DNA of 64,000 nt from Candidatus Bathyarchaeota archaeon (GTDB lineage Archaea; Thermoproteota; Bathyarchaeia; Bathyarchaeales; Bathycorpusculaceae): positions 288,001 to 352,000 of the forward strand of contig CAWFFH010000003.1 of assembly GCA_963815095.1 (NCBI GenBank), written 5' to 3'. A model generated the notes under the pieces. It was not told the origin of the DNA. It saw nothing but the letters and a program-made list of their open reading frames with translations, and searched no databases. Every line of letters begins with the position of its first letter. The stretch's first letter is position 1. This document shows, in pieces, positions 19,751 through 29,205 of this stretch. The position numbers and the translations under genes were made by a program.

Positions 19751-20047
19751 GTGTTTAGATTGCCGTTTGATGAAAAAGAGATGGATGAAATTTCGGAATT
19801 AAAATCTAAGAAATTTTTGAGTAAAATGGAAAATGGAAAGTTTTATTCAATTGAAGAATTAGCCGAGTTAATTATGAATAAACCACTAACTGAACCACAT
19901 GGAAATAGTCTCCCAGAGATATTGGGGAACACCGTTAAGAACATTTTAGATGTCGCTTATGTCCACTCGGTTATAGAATCGCAGTATGCAGTTGGTAATT
20001 TAAGATTTGGGGAAAAAGACCAAAAACCATATTATTCCAAAGCCTAA
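19751..20047 (+). CDS. Hypothetical protein, possible winged helix
   Basis: GKFYSIEELAELI helix pattern; co-directional, 14 bp after the upstream gene. Confidence 0.55.
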   Translation: MFRLPFDEKEMDEISELKSKKFLSKMENGKFYSIEELAELIMNKPLTEPHGNSLPEILGNTVKNILDVAYVHSVIESQYAVGNLRFGEKDQKPYYSKA

Positions 20048-20254
20048 CCAAATCGTTAACTCTAATCCCAACGCCCTTAGATACTCAAAAGAGATGGCCG
20101 TAAAGGCCAAAGAGTATGCTAAAAAATTTCTTGGGTGTGAAGGATTTAAAAGATTCTAAAAAAATTATTATCTTTTCGTTTTAAAGAAGTTCGTTAGACT
20201 TCGTTTGAGACGAATTCCTTCATTTATGGAACCCAGATTTTGGGAAGATATTAG

Positions 20255-20518
20255 TTAATTTATATTTGATTTGCTTGCGGCAATCAAAATTTTCTCTGTC
20301 AAGAATTCCGAAATATTTTCTAGATTATATCCCGCTTGTCTGTGTTCTGACATGTGGTTGCTTATGGCTATGTTCATGGCTTTCAAATCAGGCACTACCA
20401 AGATTTCGCAGCCGCATACGCATCTTACTATAGGCATACGGTTTTTATGAACAATGACTTTTCTCTCTCGATGTTGGTCTGAATAGAAGTTTATTGCGTG
20501 AATACTGTTTTTTGTCAT
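20255..20518 (-). CDS. Small CxC...HxxxH putative zinc-binding protein (paralog family of three)
   Basis: MPIVRCVCGCEILVVPDLKAM..AISNHMSEH; GGTGAG before the ATG at 20518. Confidence 0.7.
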   Translation of the reverse strand: MTKNSIHAINFYSDQHRERKVIVHKNRMPIVRCVCGCEILVVPDLKAMNIAISNHMSEHRQAGYNLENISEFLTEKILIAASKSNIN

Positions 20519-20679
20519 TCCAAACTCACCTGGTTTAACCGGAGCAACATTACTCTGTAGCATTGCATCTCATATAAGAAGTAGTGATAGGCACGATACT
20601 ATCACAAAAAATAAGGTTAAGCTAGTTTGACGCATACCTTAAATTGAACGCTGAGTAAATTGGATACGGAGCTTTTTTT

Positions 20680-20985
20680 ATGGAACAACAAAAAATTAAT
20701 GGAACAAACTGTTACAATTGTCTCTTTATTTCTAAAAAAGAAGAAAATGTCGACCAAAGCGAACTAAACAATCAAGGCGGAATTGATCCCAAAACACAAG
20801 AAGAAATGCAAAGAGCCCAGAAAGCTGACCTTATAACCTTGCCAGGCGGTCCGAAAACTGACGCATTAAATAAAAAATTTTGCTATAATGACCAGATAAA
20901 AATGTTTGTAACCGTGCGCATGTGCTGTGGATATTGGGATAACGCAGGTGTTAAGAGGCCTTGGAAGAAGCAGGAAAAACAATAA
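20680..20985 (+). CDS. Cys-containing hypothetical protein (possible Fe-S or Zn binding)
   Basis: CYNC ... FC-x7-V-x4-CCGYW; GGAG SD. Confidence 0.65.
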   Translation: MEQQKINGTNCYNCLFISKKEENVDQSELNNQGGIDPKTQEEMQRAQKADLITLPGGPKTDALNKKFCYNDQIKMFVTVRMCCGYWDNAGVKRPWKKQEKQ

Positions 20986-20987
20986 TC

Positions 20988-21267
20988 GGTCGGACGTTCG
21001 AGGCTAATTTTGGTGAGAAAGTTTACACTTTGTTCTATGAAAGTAGGAGTAGGCTAAATCTTAACTGAAGTGAAGGGCCCTAACGTTGGGAGAGTTCAAA
21101 ACTTGTCTGTTACTACTGTTGAGTTAAGACCTAATCTTTTCATGGTTAACTGGCAAGAAGACAACAAGCTAACCGTCACCGACGTGGAAGGTGTTGTCTA
21201 CGCTAATATGACCACTCCGAACGATAATTTCGTCTCATTGAAAGGCGATTTGAGAGAAAAAAAGTGA
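20988..21267 (+). pseudogene. Degraded MoaF/calycin-like beta-barrel protein
   Basis: GRTFEANFGEKVYTLFYES in one frame continues as KGPNVG..ELRPNLFMVNWQE in another (shift near 21060); no start codon found. Confidence 0.45.
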
Positions 21268-21359
21268 AAGGCTCACAGTTAATGCCTAATTTGCACAACG
21301 AAAATGAAGTCCGAATTTACAAACCCAGGGGATGACACTGTACGGACAAAGAAAAAGGA

Positions 21360-21590
21360 CGAGAATTCACTATTCAAGAGCTAAGTATGTTCAATGGAAA
21401 AGACGGCAAGCCCGCATATGCTGCTTACAAAGGTAAAGTCTATGATGTAACCCATTCTTCCCAATGGACAGGAGGGGACCACTTAGGTCATGCGGCGGGC
21501 GAAGATTTAACGGAGGTGATGGACATTGCCCCTCACGCCGACGATGTAATGGAAAGAATGAAAGTTGTCGGTGTTTTGGTTAAGCCCTAA
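21360..21590 (+). CDS. Cytochrome b5-like heme/steroid-binding domain protein
   Basis: REFTIQELSMFNGKDGKPAYAAYKGKVYDVT..W..G.H.GH.AG.DLT..APH; the conserved N-terminus begins upstream of the first ATG (21387). Confidence 0.85.
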   Translation, partial: REFTIQELSMFNGKDGKPAYAAYKGKVYDVTHSSQWTGGDHLGHAAGEDLTEVMDIAPHADDVMERMKVVGVLVKP

Positions 21591-21642
21591 ATGTCTCTAT
21601 TTCTTATCCGGCTCATCTTATCAGCCCGGGTAGCTTTAGCAT

Positions 21643-23937
21643 TCAAGTTTTGTTTTTCTTGAGGGGCAAACGAATGAAGAAAGTTGTTCCTTTGCCTTCT
21701 TGGCTCTCAAAAGAAACGCTACCGCCTAATGCTTCAGTCATACGTTTAATCACTGCTAAGCCGAAGCCTTGACCTTTCGCCTTAGTTGTAAACATTGGAG
21801 TAAACAATTTACCTTTAACAGTTTCAGGAATACCAACGCCTGTATCCTTGACCGTTAAGACCGTGTTGTTTGCTTCTCTGAAGGCATGTATGGTTAGTTT
21901 TCCGCCTTTTGGCATAGCTTGAACAGCATTATTCACTAAATTGTACATGATGCGGTTTATGAAAGTGGAGTCAGCGACAACTTTTCTTGCATCAGTTTCC
22001 ACTTTTACGGTTACTTTGACGTTCTCTGGCAAACCATTCTTTTTCAATAAGTTATCAATTACGCCTTTTAGATCAGTTTCTTCTGCATTTGGCTTTAGAG
22101 GTCTGGCAAAGTCTTGGAGGTCAGCCACAATCTTATTTATGTAGTCAACGTTCTTTTCAATTTCCGATAAGCTTTCTTTGACGCTATTTTTCTCTTCACT
22201 TTCAGGAAGGGCAATTAAATCTGCTTTAGCCAAGAAGATATCTCCAGTTATTGCCTGAAGTGGATTTCGAATATCATGTCCAACCATGCCTGCAGTGGCG
22301 CCTATGGTTGCTAAGCGTTCTGAATCTTTCAATTGCTCTGCCCTTTTATTTGCGAGCTCCTCCATTTGATTAGCGTATTCTTCAAGACGGACAGCAGACT
22401 TCTCCAGCTTAACTTGTAATTGTATCCGGTCGGTAATGTCAACGTTTGATTCCATTATTTCAAATATTTGTCCGTTCGAACCAAGCTTTCCCAACCAATA
22501 ACTCTGAACAATCAACTTGCTTCCATCTTTGCAACTATGAATAATTTCTCCAGACCATTTTCCTTGTTTTCTGAGCTTGTCTTGAATATCTTTAAGCGAT
22601 TTGGGGAATTCTGTTTTCAATAATAAGTTGATATCTTTTCCGATGACTTCTTCTTTTGTCCAACCGTACAGTTTCTCTGCGCCTCTACTCCAGAAAGTAA
22701 TAATGCCATCAAGCTTCCTTACAATTATAGCATCGGGACTAAGATCAATAAGTTCAGCTTGTGTTGCAATAGCTTTCTCTGCCTTCTTGCGTTCAGTTAT
22801 GTTTGTGGCTAAGATGGCAACGTGGTTTGCCGTATCTGCTCTCCAAGCATAAACTTGATAGTAACGATCATGCAGCTGAACATAGTTTTCATAATGAACA
22901 TATTCTCCAGTTTTCGCCACCTTATCATATAATTGATACCAGTAGTCCTCAACCGCTCCAAACGATTCCCGGGTAGTTTTACCTATAATTTGCTCTCTGC
23001 GCCTATCCACCAACTTTGCATAAGCATCGTTTATTTCAAGATAGCGAATGTCAACAGCTAAATTGTTCTTATCGCGAACAATCTCAACAAGACAAAACCC
23101 TTCAGGAATAGAATTGAAAAGCAAACTATAACGTTGCTCACTTTCCCGCATTGCTTCTTCAGCTTTCCTGCGTTCAGCTATTTCTCGCTCCAAGTCATCT
23201 TTGGAGGCAGTTACAGTTTTCAAGTTAGCCGTCATCTGATTAAAGGAACGAGATAATTCATCTATCTCATCATCACTATTAGATCCAACAGAATAGTCAA
23301 GATTGCCTGAACCAACTATTTTTGTTCCATCTTGTAGCCTATTTATAGATCGAAATGTACGCCTAAATACAATGAAATAAATCATCACAAAATACGCTCC
23401 AAACGCTCCTAAAAGGGCAAAAATAAGAATAGTGTTTGTTTGTTTCAGTTGATCAGCTTGACTTGCAAAAGAACTTGATAAAACGGAAGCGTCAAAAGCA
23501 AGTGCTTGATTTTGAACATTCAAACGGGCTGAAGCGGTCTGAAACGCTGGGAAAGCTGATGCGCTCTCATTCGTAGGTACACTCTGAAGAATCATTACTG
23601 AACTATTGAATACTGTTCCTAACCGTTGCAAATCCTCTTTTACAGTTTGGATTTGAGTTATCTGTCCGGGATTGCTTGAAGCTAAATTTGAAATTTCCGC
23701 TTGAAGCGAGGAAAATTGGGATTGCCAAGAGTTTAACTGAGCAGTTTGTTGATAAAGAAAATAATCATTTGCGATATAGGCAAGGCTGCTAGCGCCTGCA
23801 TTAATATTATTAGATGCTTGTTCTTTGCTATTGATCTGGGCTACCTGCTGATTGGTGAAAAAAACCGACATAGAAATGACAAGTAAGACTATACCGAAAA
23901 TAATAATGCTGAGAATCAACTGGCTTTTTAACTTCAA
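21643..23937 (-). CDS. Membrane histidine kinase (2 TM, HAMP, 2 PAS)
   Basis: HAMP DEIDELSRSFNQM; PAS domains; GHDIRNPL; KGQGFGL. Confidence 0.92.
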   Translation of the reverse strand: MKLKSQLILSIIIFGIVLLVISMSVFFTNQQVAQINSKEQASNNINAGASSLAYIANDYFLYQQTAQLNSWQSQFSSLQAEISNLASSNPGQITQIQTVKEDLQRLGTVFNSSVMILQSVPTNESASAFPAFQTASARLNVQNQALAFDASVLSSSFASQADQLKQTNTILIFALLGAFGAYFVMIYFIVFRRTFRSINRLQDGTKIVGSGNLDYSVGSNSDDEIDELSRSFNQMTANLKTVTASKDDLEREIAERRKAEEAMRESEQRYSLLFNSIPEGFCLVEIVRDKNNLAVDIRYLEINDAYAKLVDRRREQIIGKTTRESFGAVEDYWYQLYDKVAKTGEYVHYENYVQLHDRYYQVYAWRADTANHVAILATNITERKKAEKAIATQAELIDLSPDAIIVRKLDGIITFWSRGAEKLYGWTKEEVIGKDINLLLKTEFPKSLKDIQDKLRKQGKWSGEIIHSCKDGSKLIVQSYWLGKLGSNGQIFEIMESNVDITDRIQLQVKLEKSAVRLEEYANQMEELANKRAEQLKDSERLATIGATAGMVGHDIRNPLQAITGDIFLAKADLIALPESEEKNSVKESLSEIEKNVDYINKIVADLQDFARPLKPNAEETDLKGVIDNLLKKNGLPENVKVTVKVETDARKVVADSTFINRIMYNLVNNAVQAMPKGGKLTIHAFREANNTVLTVKDTGVGIPETVKGKLFTPMFTTKAKGQGFGLAVIKRMTEALGGSVSFESQEGKGTTFFIRLPLKKNKT

Positions 23938-23947
23938 TTTTTTTGCC

Positions 23948-24979
23948 TCAGCTTATAATGTTTACTGCGTCAGGCTTAACTGACTCAAGCCCAGCTTTAT
24001 AGATAAAATTGGAAAAATCTGGAATAGCTGTTGCATTAGTTAAATTGTTTTGTATTAGCCACCGAGATTCATCTTGCATTGCCCCAATTAGAGATTGGTC
24101 AAGCGACAGGGAAAATTGGTGATTGGACCATTTAGCTGACATCGCCGCCGTTGTGATGTTTAGTCTTTTTTGAGCAATTGCTTGGGCCGTTGCGACATGA
24201 TTAACTGAATAATCTTCCGCTTTGCTTAGTGAACTTAGGAATCTACTAACCAAATCGGTATGTTGTTTAATCCACGAATTCCTTGCAGAAACAACTATGT
24301 CTAACAATTGATCGCTCTGCACTGACCAAACTACTGTATCATTTGGTAGCTGGTCTTCAATTTGATTAACGGTTGATCCTGAGACTATCACAGCATCCAC
24401 TGTTCCGTTTACTAATGCAGTCACATATTGAGTTGTTGGAATATTAACTTGGGTTACACTTTGAGGTGCTATATTGTTAAGTTCCAAGAATCTTGAAAGA
24501 TAGAATTGGGGTGCAATTTGGAATGTAAGTCCAATTTTTTTACCGACTAAATCAGGGATCGTTTCAATACCCTTATCCTTTCGACAGACGATTGAAACCG
24601 ATTGTGTCTTATCGATTGTTGTGATGATGTTTAGAGTTCCTTGTTGTAAGACATTGGTGGTTGCAAAGGCGTATTCTGAAGAAATTACTAAGTCAATTTT
24701 ATTGTTTATGGCTGCGTTTAGCGCACTTGTCGCAGATGAGTAGTCTGTTACTGTCAAGTTGATGCCATTTTGAGAAAAGAACCCTTCATCTTGAGCGATA
24801 TAAACAAGTTCTGCGTAAGGTTCATTGCTGCCTGCCAAAAATGTTCCAAAAGAAAGGTTTTCTGTTTTGCCTGAGTAAGTATTCTGCGAATTCAGATAAA
24901 CAAATGAACTTAAAACAATAGCTATGACCAAGATGACGACGGCTACTATGATGAGGCTTCGTTTTTTGGGGATCGTCAT
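23948..24979 (-). CDS. ABC-type substrate-binding protein, SsuA/NrtA/THI5 family
   Basis: YIAQDEGFFSQNGI, DLVGKKIG, LVNGTVDA; N-terminal anchor. Confidence 0.88.
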   Translation of the reverse strand: MTIPKKRSLIIVAVVILVIAIVLSSFVYLNSQNTYSGKTENLSFGTFLAGSNEPYAELVYIAQDEGFFSQNGINLTVTDYSSATSALNAAINNKIDLVISSEYAFATTNVLQQGTLNIITTIDKTQSVSIVCRKDKGIETIPDLVGKKIGLTFQIAPQFYLSRFLELNNIAPQSVTQVNIPTTQYVTALVNGTVDAVIVSGSTVNQIEDQLPNDTVVWSVQSDQLLDIVVSARNSWIKQHTDLVSRFLSSLSKAEDYSVNHVATAQAIAQKRLNITTAAMSAKWSNHQFSLSLDQSLIGAMQDESRWLIQNNLTNATAIPDFSNFIYKAGLESVKPDAVNIIS

Positions 24980-25356
24980 GCAATTGAACCTCAGAAGGGT
25001 TAGTTTACTACCAATGGCTCGTTGACTGTAATATAATTATTGGAAAAAGCCTCAAAACTTGTCTATTTTATTATTCGATGAGGTTAAGAGATTCAAAATT
25101 GACAAAACAACTTTTTTGTTTTGGTGCAAGATTCTGCTGCTTTTGGGTTTAAGGACGGCAGCTTCAACTCAGGTAAAAATTAACAAAATATCGTTATCCA
25201 ATAGATTTTAGGTTCAGAACTTTCAGAGGTAGGTTCCGTCAGCCTATGCTTGATATTTTTTACTGGTAAAAAGGTGCTGCCTACGATTTTTTGACAACAC
25301 AAATAGGCATTGGAACCTACTAAGCAATAGGGCTTTTTTAGCTCAAATGTTTTTGA

Positions 25357-26619
25357 TTAAATATTTATGGTTTCATTTTTTTCTGGAATACTAACTTGGG
25401 TTAATTCGGAAACCTTATTGGAAAGCGCTTCCGCCTCTTTTAAATCGCCGTGGACAAGAACTGTCTGTTTAGGCTTCAGATACCGAATTAATTGCACAAG
25501 TTCTAGTTGGTCGGCATGCCCTGAGAGCTCTATTTGGACAATTTTAGCTTGCACCGGAAATCTTTCCCCATCAATCTTTATGTAATGCTTATCTTTTGCT
25601 AGTCTTAAGGGACTATCGGGCGGCAGATAACCTGAAGTCACAATAATCGTGTTTTCCTCAATTTCAGCCCACGCATTAAGTAAATTCAGACTTGCTCCTG
25701 CTTGACCAAACCCTGGTGTGCAAATAACTATGGCTGGCTCTTTGATCTGGGTTGTCCGCTCAACTTCTTGCACATGCTTGTACTCAAATGGCTTTGCTCG
25801 ATTCTGTGTCTGTTGCTTGAATAATGGCGGGTAGCCGTTGAAGATTTTCGTTATTTTATTTGCGAGCTTTGAAATCATGTAAACGTTGCATTTGGGGAGC
25901 ACTCCATTTTCAATGGCTTGGTCTATTCGTTTAGCCATCTCTTGGCTTCGGTGGAACGCGAAAGTTGGAATCAAAACGTTGCCCCTGTGCTTTATTGTAT
26001 AGCTAATCTCTGAGAACAGTTGGTCTATGAGTTCGCTTCGCTTTGGTCTTATTCTTCCTCCGTACGTTGACTCTGAAATAAGGACATCTGGCTGCTGGGG
26101 AAGCAATTGGGAGTTGCAGCCAACAAGGATTTCAGTGTCATGCAAGCAAAAATCGCCTGTGTACAGAAGAGATTTTCCTTCGGCACAAATGCCCGTCATG
26201 GCGGCGCCGGCAACGTGCCCCGCAGAATAAAGTTCAATATTCATATCTGGTAAAGCCAAAGTATCCGTGGGTACCCATGACCCTTTCATTTTATCAACTG
26301 TTTGGTTATCGTAGCCCAAGGGCGTTCCTTCATATTCGTTAACTTTAATCATGTCTTTTAGCAACTCAACCGTTACATCGCGAGTAATTTTTAAGCCCAC
26401 TATAACTTGCTTATTTCTAGATTTCGATAGACGCAGAAGGCTTCCCGAATGATCCAGGTGAGCGTGGCTGACTATTATTGCGTCGAAATTCTTGGGGTAT
26501 TCGTCAGTTGTGCCTTCAAGTTTTATACCGTAATCTAATGCAACCTTGGAGCGATCTGTTGCAACTTCAATACAGGAGCCCCCGACTTCTCTTGCCGCGC
26601 CCAAGACTTTAATTTTCGA
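25357..26619 (-). CDS. MBL-fold beta-CASP ribonuclease (aCPSF-like, no KH domains)
   Basis: KIKVLGAAREVGGSC, SHAHLDHSG, AGHVAG, YTGDF, ESTYG, SGHAD, LVHGD; start codon unclear (TCG at 26619, TTG at 26604). Confidence 0.88.
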   Translation of the reverse strand, partial: SKIKVLGAAREVGGSCIEVATDRSKVALDYGIKLEGTTDEYPKNFDAIIVSHAHLDHSGSLLRLSKSRNKQVIVGLKITRDVTVELLKDMIKVNEYEGTPLGYDNQTVDKMKGSWVPTDTLALPDMNIELYSAGHVAGAAMTGICAEGKSLLYTGDFCLHDTEILVGCNSQLLPQQPDVLISESTYGGRIRPKRSELIDQLFSEISYTIKHRGNVLIPTFAFHRSQEMAKRIDQAIENGVLPKCNVYMISKLANKITKIFNGYPPLFKQQTQNRAKPFEYKHVQEVERTTQIKEPAIVICTPGFGQAGASLNLLNAWAEIEENTIIVTSGYLPPDSPLRLAKDKHYIKIDGERFPVQAKIVQIELSGHADQLELVQLIRYLKPKQTVLVHGDLKEAEALSNKVSELTQVSIPEKNETINI

Positions 26620-26781
26620 CCCTTTATCCCCCTTTAGATTAAGAAGTTGTTAAATGAATTTAGCGCGATCAAATATTAAACTAACCCGGCTAAAAAAACG
26701 CTTTTTTCAGGCGTTTCTTCCATTCTTATAATGGGTTGTTTGACAAACGTTGCACACTAATTACAGTCGTAATTTGATTTT

Positions 26782-26981
26782 TTAGCTTCGTGGAACGACT
26801 ACCAAGAAGAGTTCGGGCGCCATGTCTGTTTTTGTGTATATTGCTAATGCTATGCTCCAGAAGCCGTCGTAGTGTGTACCTTGAGGATATGAGAAGCCGA
26901 TGTTGCCGTCTCTTCGCAGGTAATAGCGTCCACTTCGAGTTCAGTTTCCTCTTGAACTGTCCATCTTTTGCGAGGGGTCAC
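26782..26981 (-). pseudogene. Fused remnant: N-terminus of a WTxxEE protein plus C-terminus of a terminase-large-subunit-like protein
   Basis: Hand translation: MTPRKRWTVQEETEL, then after a frame change RYYLRRDGNIGFSYPQGTHYDGFWSIALAIY (HDD-like nuclease end motif). Confidence 0.45.
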
Positions 26982-27157
26982 CGATGATACTCAATTGTTT
27001 GCTCACTCACTTTAGCTTATAAATTATTAGATAAAGACCGAAAGCACAAGAACTGTACAACAAAAAAACCATCGACAAATAACAAAAAGGTCCACCTTGT
27101 GACCCCAATAGGCTACTTAGACGAACTATTCATTAAAGAAATTCTGGAAAAAAATAA

Positions 27158-27307
27158 TTATGAAATCGTCCTTTTAGATTTGGATCTTATGTTCCGCGAT
27201 TCATTATCTTCGTCAATTATTGCTTCGGGATTCTTAGCTTTTCTTTTTAAATAAGCCTCATATTGCTTTGCTGTAAAATCTTTCCTAAACTTATCGTCTT
27301 TGCCCAA
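27158..27307 (-). CDS. 49-aa charged microprotein MGKDDKFRKDFTAKQYEAYLKRK...
   Basis: AGGTGA SD 7 nt before a TTG start; hand translation. Confidence 0.55.
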   Translation of the reverse strand: MGKDDKFRKDFTAKQYEAYLKRKAKNPEAIIDEDNESRNIRSKSKRTIS

Positions 27308-27329
27308 ATTTTTTTCACCTACTTTTGGA

Positions 27330-28172
27330 TTAGTGCTTTTCTACTAACAGGGGGATATCATCAGTTTTTTTATGCTTAAGCTTAAGTAGGATTGCAACAG
27401 AGAGCAACGAAATAAACAAGGGCAAAATTGCTAACCATGAAAACTCTGGAACGGAAGGAGTTGGCGTTAGATTTGGTGTGGGCGAGGTTGAAGCAGAAGT
27501 TTCAGGTATAGTAATTGTTTGTGTGTGGCTCCAGTCACTTGACTCACCGGTAAACATTGGTACTTCTCCTCCAAGTAGTGGATGGTCTGGACCGCCCATA
27601 GAAACCCATTCATTATGGTAATATCCAAAAATAGCTTGCACTCTAAAATCCACTTCACCACCAGGCGATACATAACCCATTTGTGGGGATACAGTGTCAG
27701 CGTATCCACCACGAGCGTATCCGCCGTTATCATATGCCCCATAAACAAAATTTCGTACTGAATATTCAGAATTTGAAGCAGGATATGTTTCACCGTAAGA
27801 AGTCGGATAGTAAGTCCAGTTTCCTCCGTAATGAGGTTTTACACTGATATTATAGAACAAACCAATGTTTCTGCCACTTGCATCTTCATACGACGTGAAA
27901 GGTTGGTTATCTATTCGGACTTCTATAGTTTTGTTGATTACGTGGTATCCAGGTTGAGTTTGGGTAGTTGTTTTGCCAGTATAAGGGTCAGTGGTTGAAG
28001 TTGTTTTTGCAGGAACATCATAAGAATGGTCGGCGATCTGTAGAGTGAATTCTGGAACTGATGGTTTTGGTATTGATTGAGCATTTACAGGTTTAACTGT
28101 CAATAAAGTTAGACATGACATAGCGGCAATTAGAGTCAGAAATATTGCGAAAGTCTTGCCAATTTTACCCAT
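27330..28172 (-). CDS. Secreted surface protein with PEF-CTERM-like sorting signal
   Basis: Signal peptide; Thr/Pro linker; VPEF + TM helix + KLKHKK basic tail. Confidence 0.8.
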   Translation of the reverse strand: MGKIGKTFAIFLTLIAAMSCLTLLTVKPVNAQSIPKPSVPEFTLQIADHSYDVPAKTTSTTDPYTGKTTTQTQPGYHVINKTIEVRIDNQPFTSYEDASGRNIGLFYNISVKPHYGGNWTYYPTSYGETYPASNSEYSVRNFVYGAYDNGGYARGGYADTVSPQMGYVSPGGEVDFRVQAIFGYYHNEWVSMGGPDHPLLGGEVPMFTGESSDWSHTQTITIPETSASTSPTPNLTPTPSVPEFSWLAILPLFISLLSVAILLKLKHKKTDDIPLLVEKH

Positions 28173-28217
28173 GCTTAGTAATATGTACAAAAAGGCGATA
28201 AAAGGCTATTCGTAAAC

Positions 28218-28254
28218 GTTTCTTGACTAAATCCAGTTAAGGTTTCTTGACTAA
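28218..28254. repeat. 13-bp direct repeat GTTTCTTGACTAA x2 (24-bp period)
   Basis: Copies at 28218-28230 and 28242-28254, upstream of the PEF-CTERM gene. Confidence 0.75.
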
Positions 28255-28763
28255 CCAATTTCAAAATGTTTCAAAAGAGAATTATGGAGAGTTTGTCCAT
28301 ACTGGCGTTACATTCCAATTAGAAACTAAATTAGGTGTGTAATAATTCGCTTTATGAAGCGGGTTTAACCTTCTTTTCAGGATCTTCGATCCGCGCAAAC
28401 TTTATGCTTAATTCTTCCAATTCAAAACTAAACTCTGATTGATTATTACGTTGTTCTGCCAAATCACACACAACTCCAGACAATCGCATTTGCTACCAAT
28501 TGGAATAAAAGCTGTTTCAACAGAAAACTGTGTAAAAACAGAGCTTGAAAATTTTTAAATCTCAACCATAAAGTTGCTATTTCTACTTTGAATGGTAAAC
28601 AAATCATCTTTCACATAAGAGATGACTCAAAAACTACCTAATTAAGTGGGGTCAGGCTATTTTTAGTTAAATATTGGTAAATATTACATTCAAAATTGTA
28701 TGTTTCAGGTCTTCAATGTAAGACAAATTAAGAACAAAGTGATATATAATTTAGGTAAATATT

Positions 28764-28916
28764 ATGGGTAAACAACACAGACCAGAAGGATCGACAAGCT
28801 CCGCCCAAAGCAAGGGCAGTATGGCAAGAAAAGCAAATGCAGCCAATAGTGCGAGGCAGAAACAAGCCAACGATAATCGTTCAAAACAGAAACAAGCCGA
28901 CAATTCAAAGAAGTAA
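28764..28916 (+). CDS. 50-aa basic hydrophilic microprotein MGKQHRPEG...QKQANDNRSKQKQADNSKK
   Basis: Hand translation; AGGT upstream; internal CAGAAACAAGCC duplication. Confidence 0.55.
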   Translation: MGKQHRPEGSTSSAQSKGSMARKANAANSARQKQANDNRSKQKQADNSKK

Positions 28917-29205
28917 AACAATATTTTATACTTCTAAATTAAATTTTAATGAGTAGTCTGTGTATAGTTTTAATGAGACGGTTATGCGTTTTCTGCTAAG
29001 ACTGCTCTTAATTTACATATGCAAAAAGACCATAGGCAATTGATGAAATCCTTAAAAAAAACTCTAACTTGAGAACATAATACGTGATATCTGAATTGCG
29101 GAAAAAAACTAAGTCCACAATTTAATTGACTAGAGCCTTTTTGTAAATTAATGGCAAGTTTTCAATTCTGAGATGGGTTCAAAGAAAAAGAGGTTTATTG
29201 GCTAT

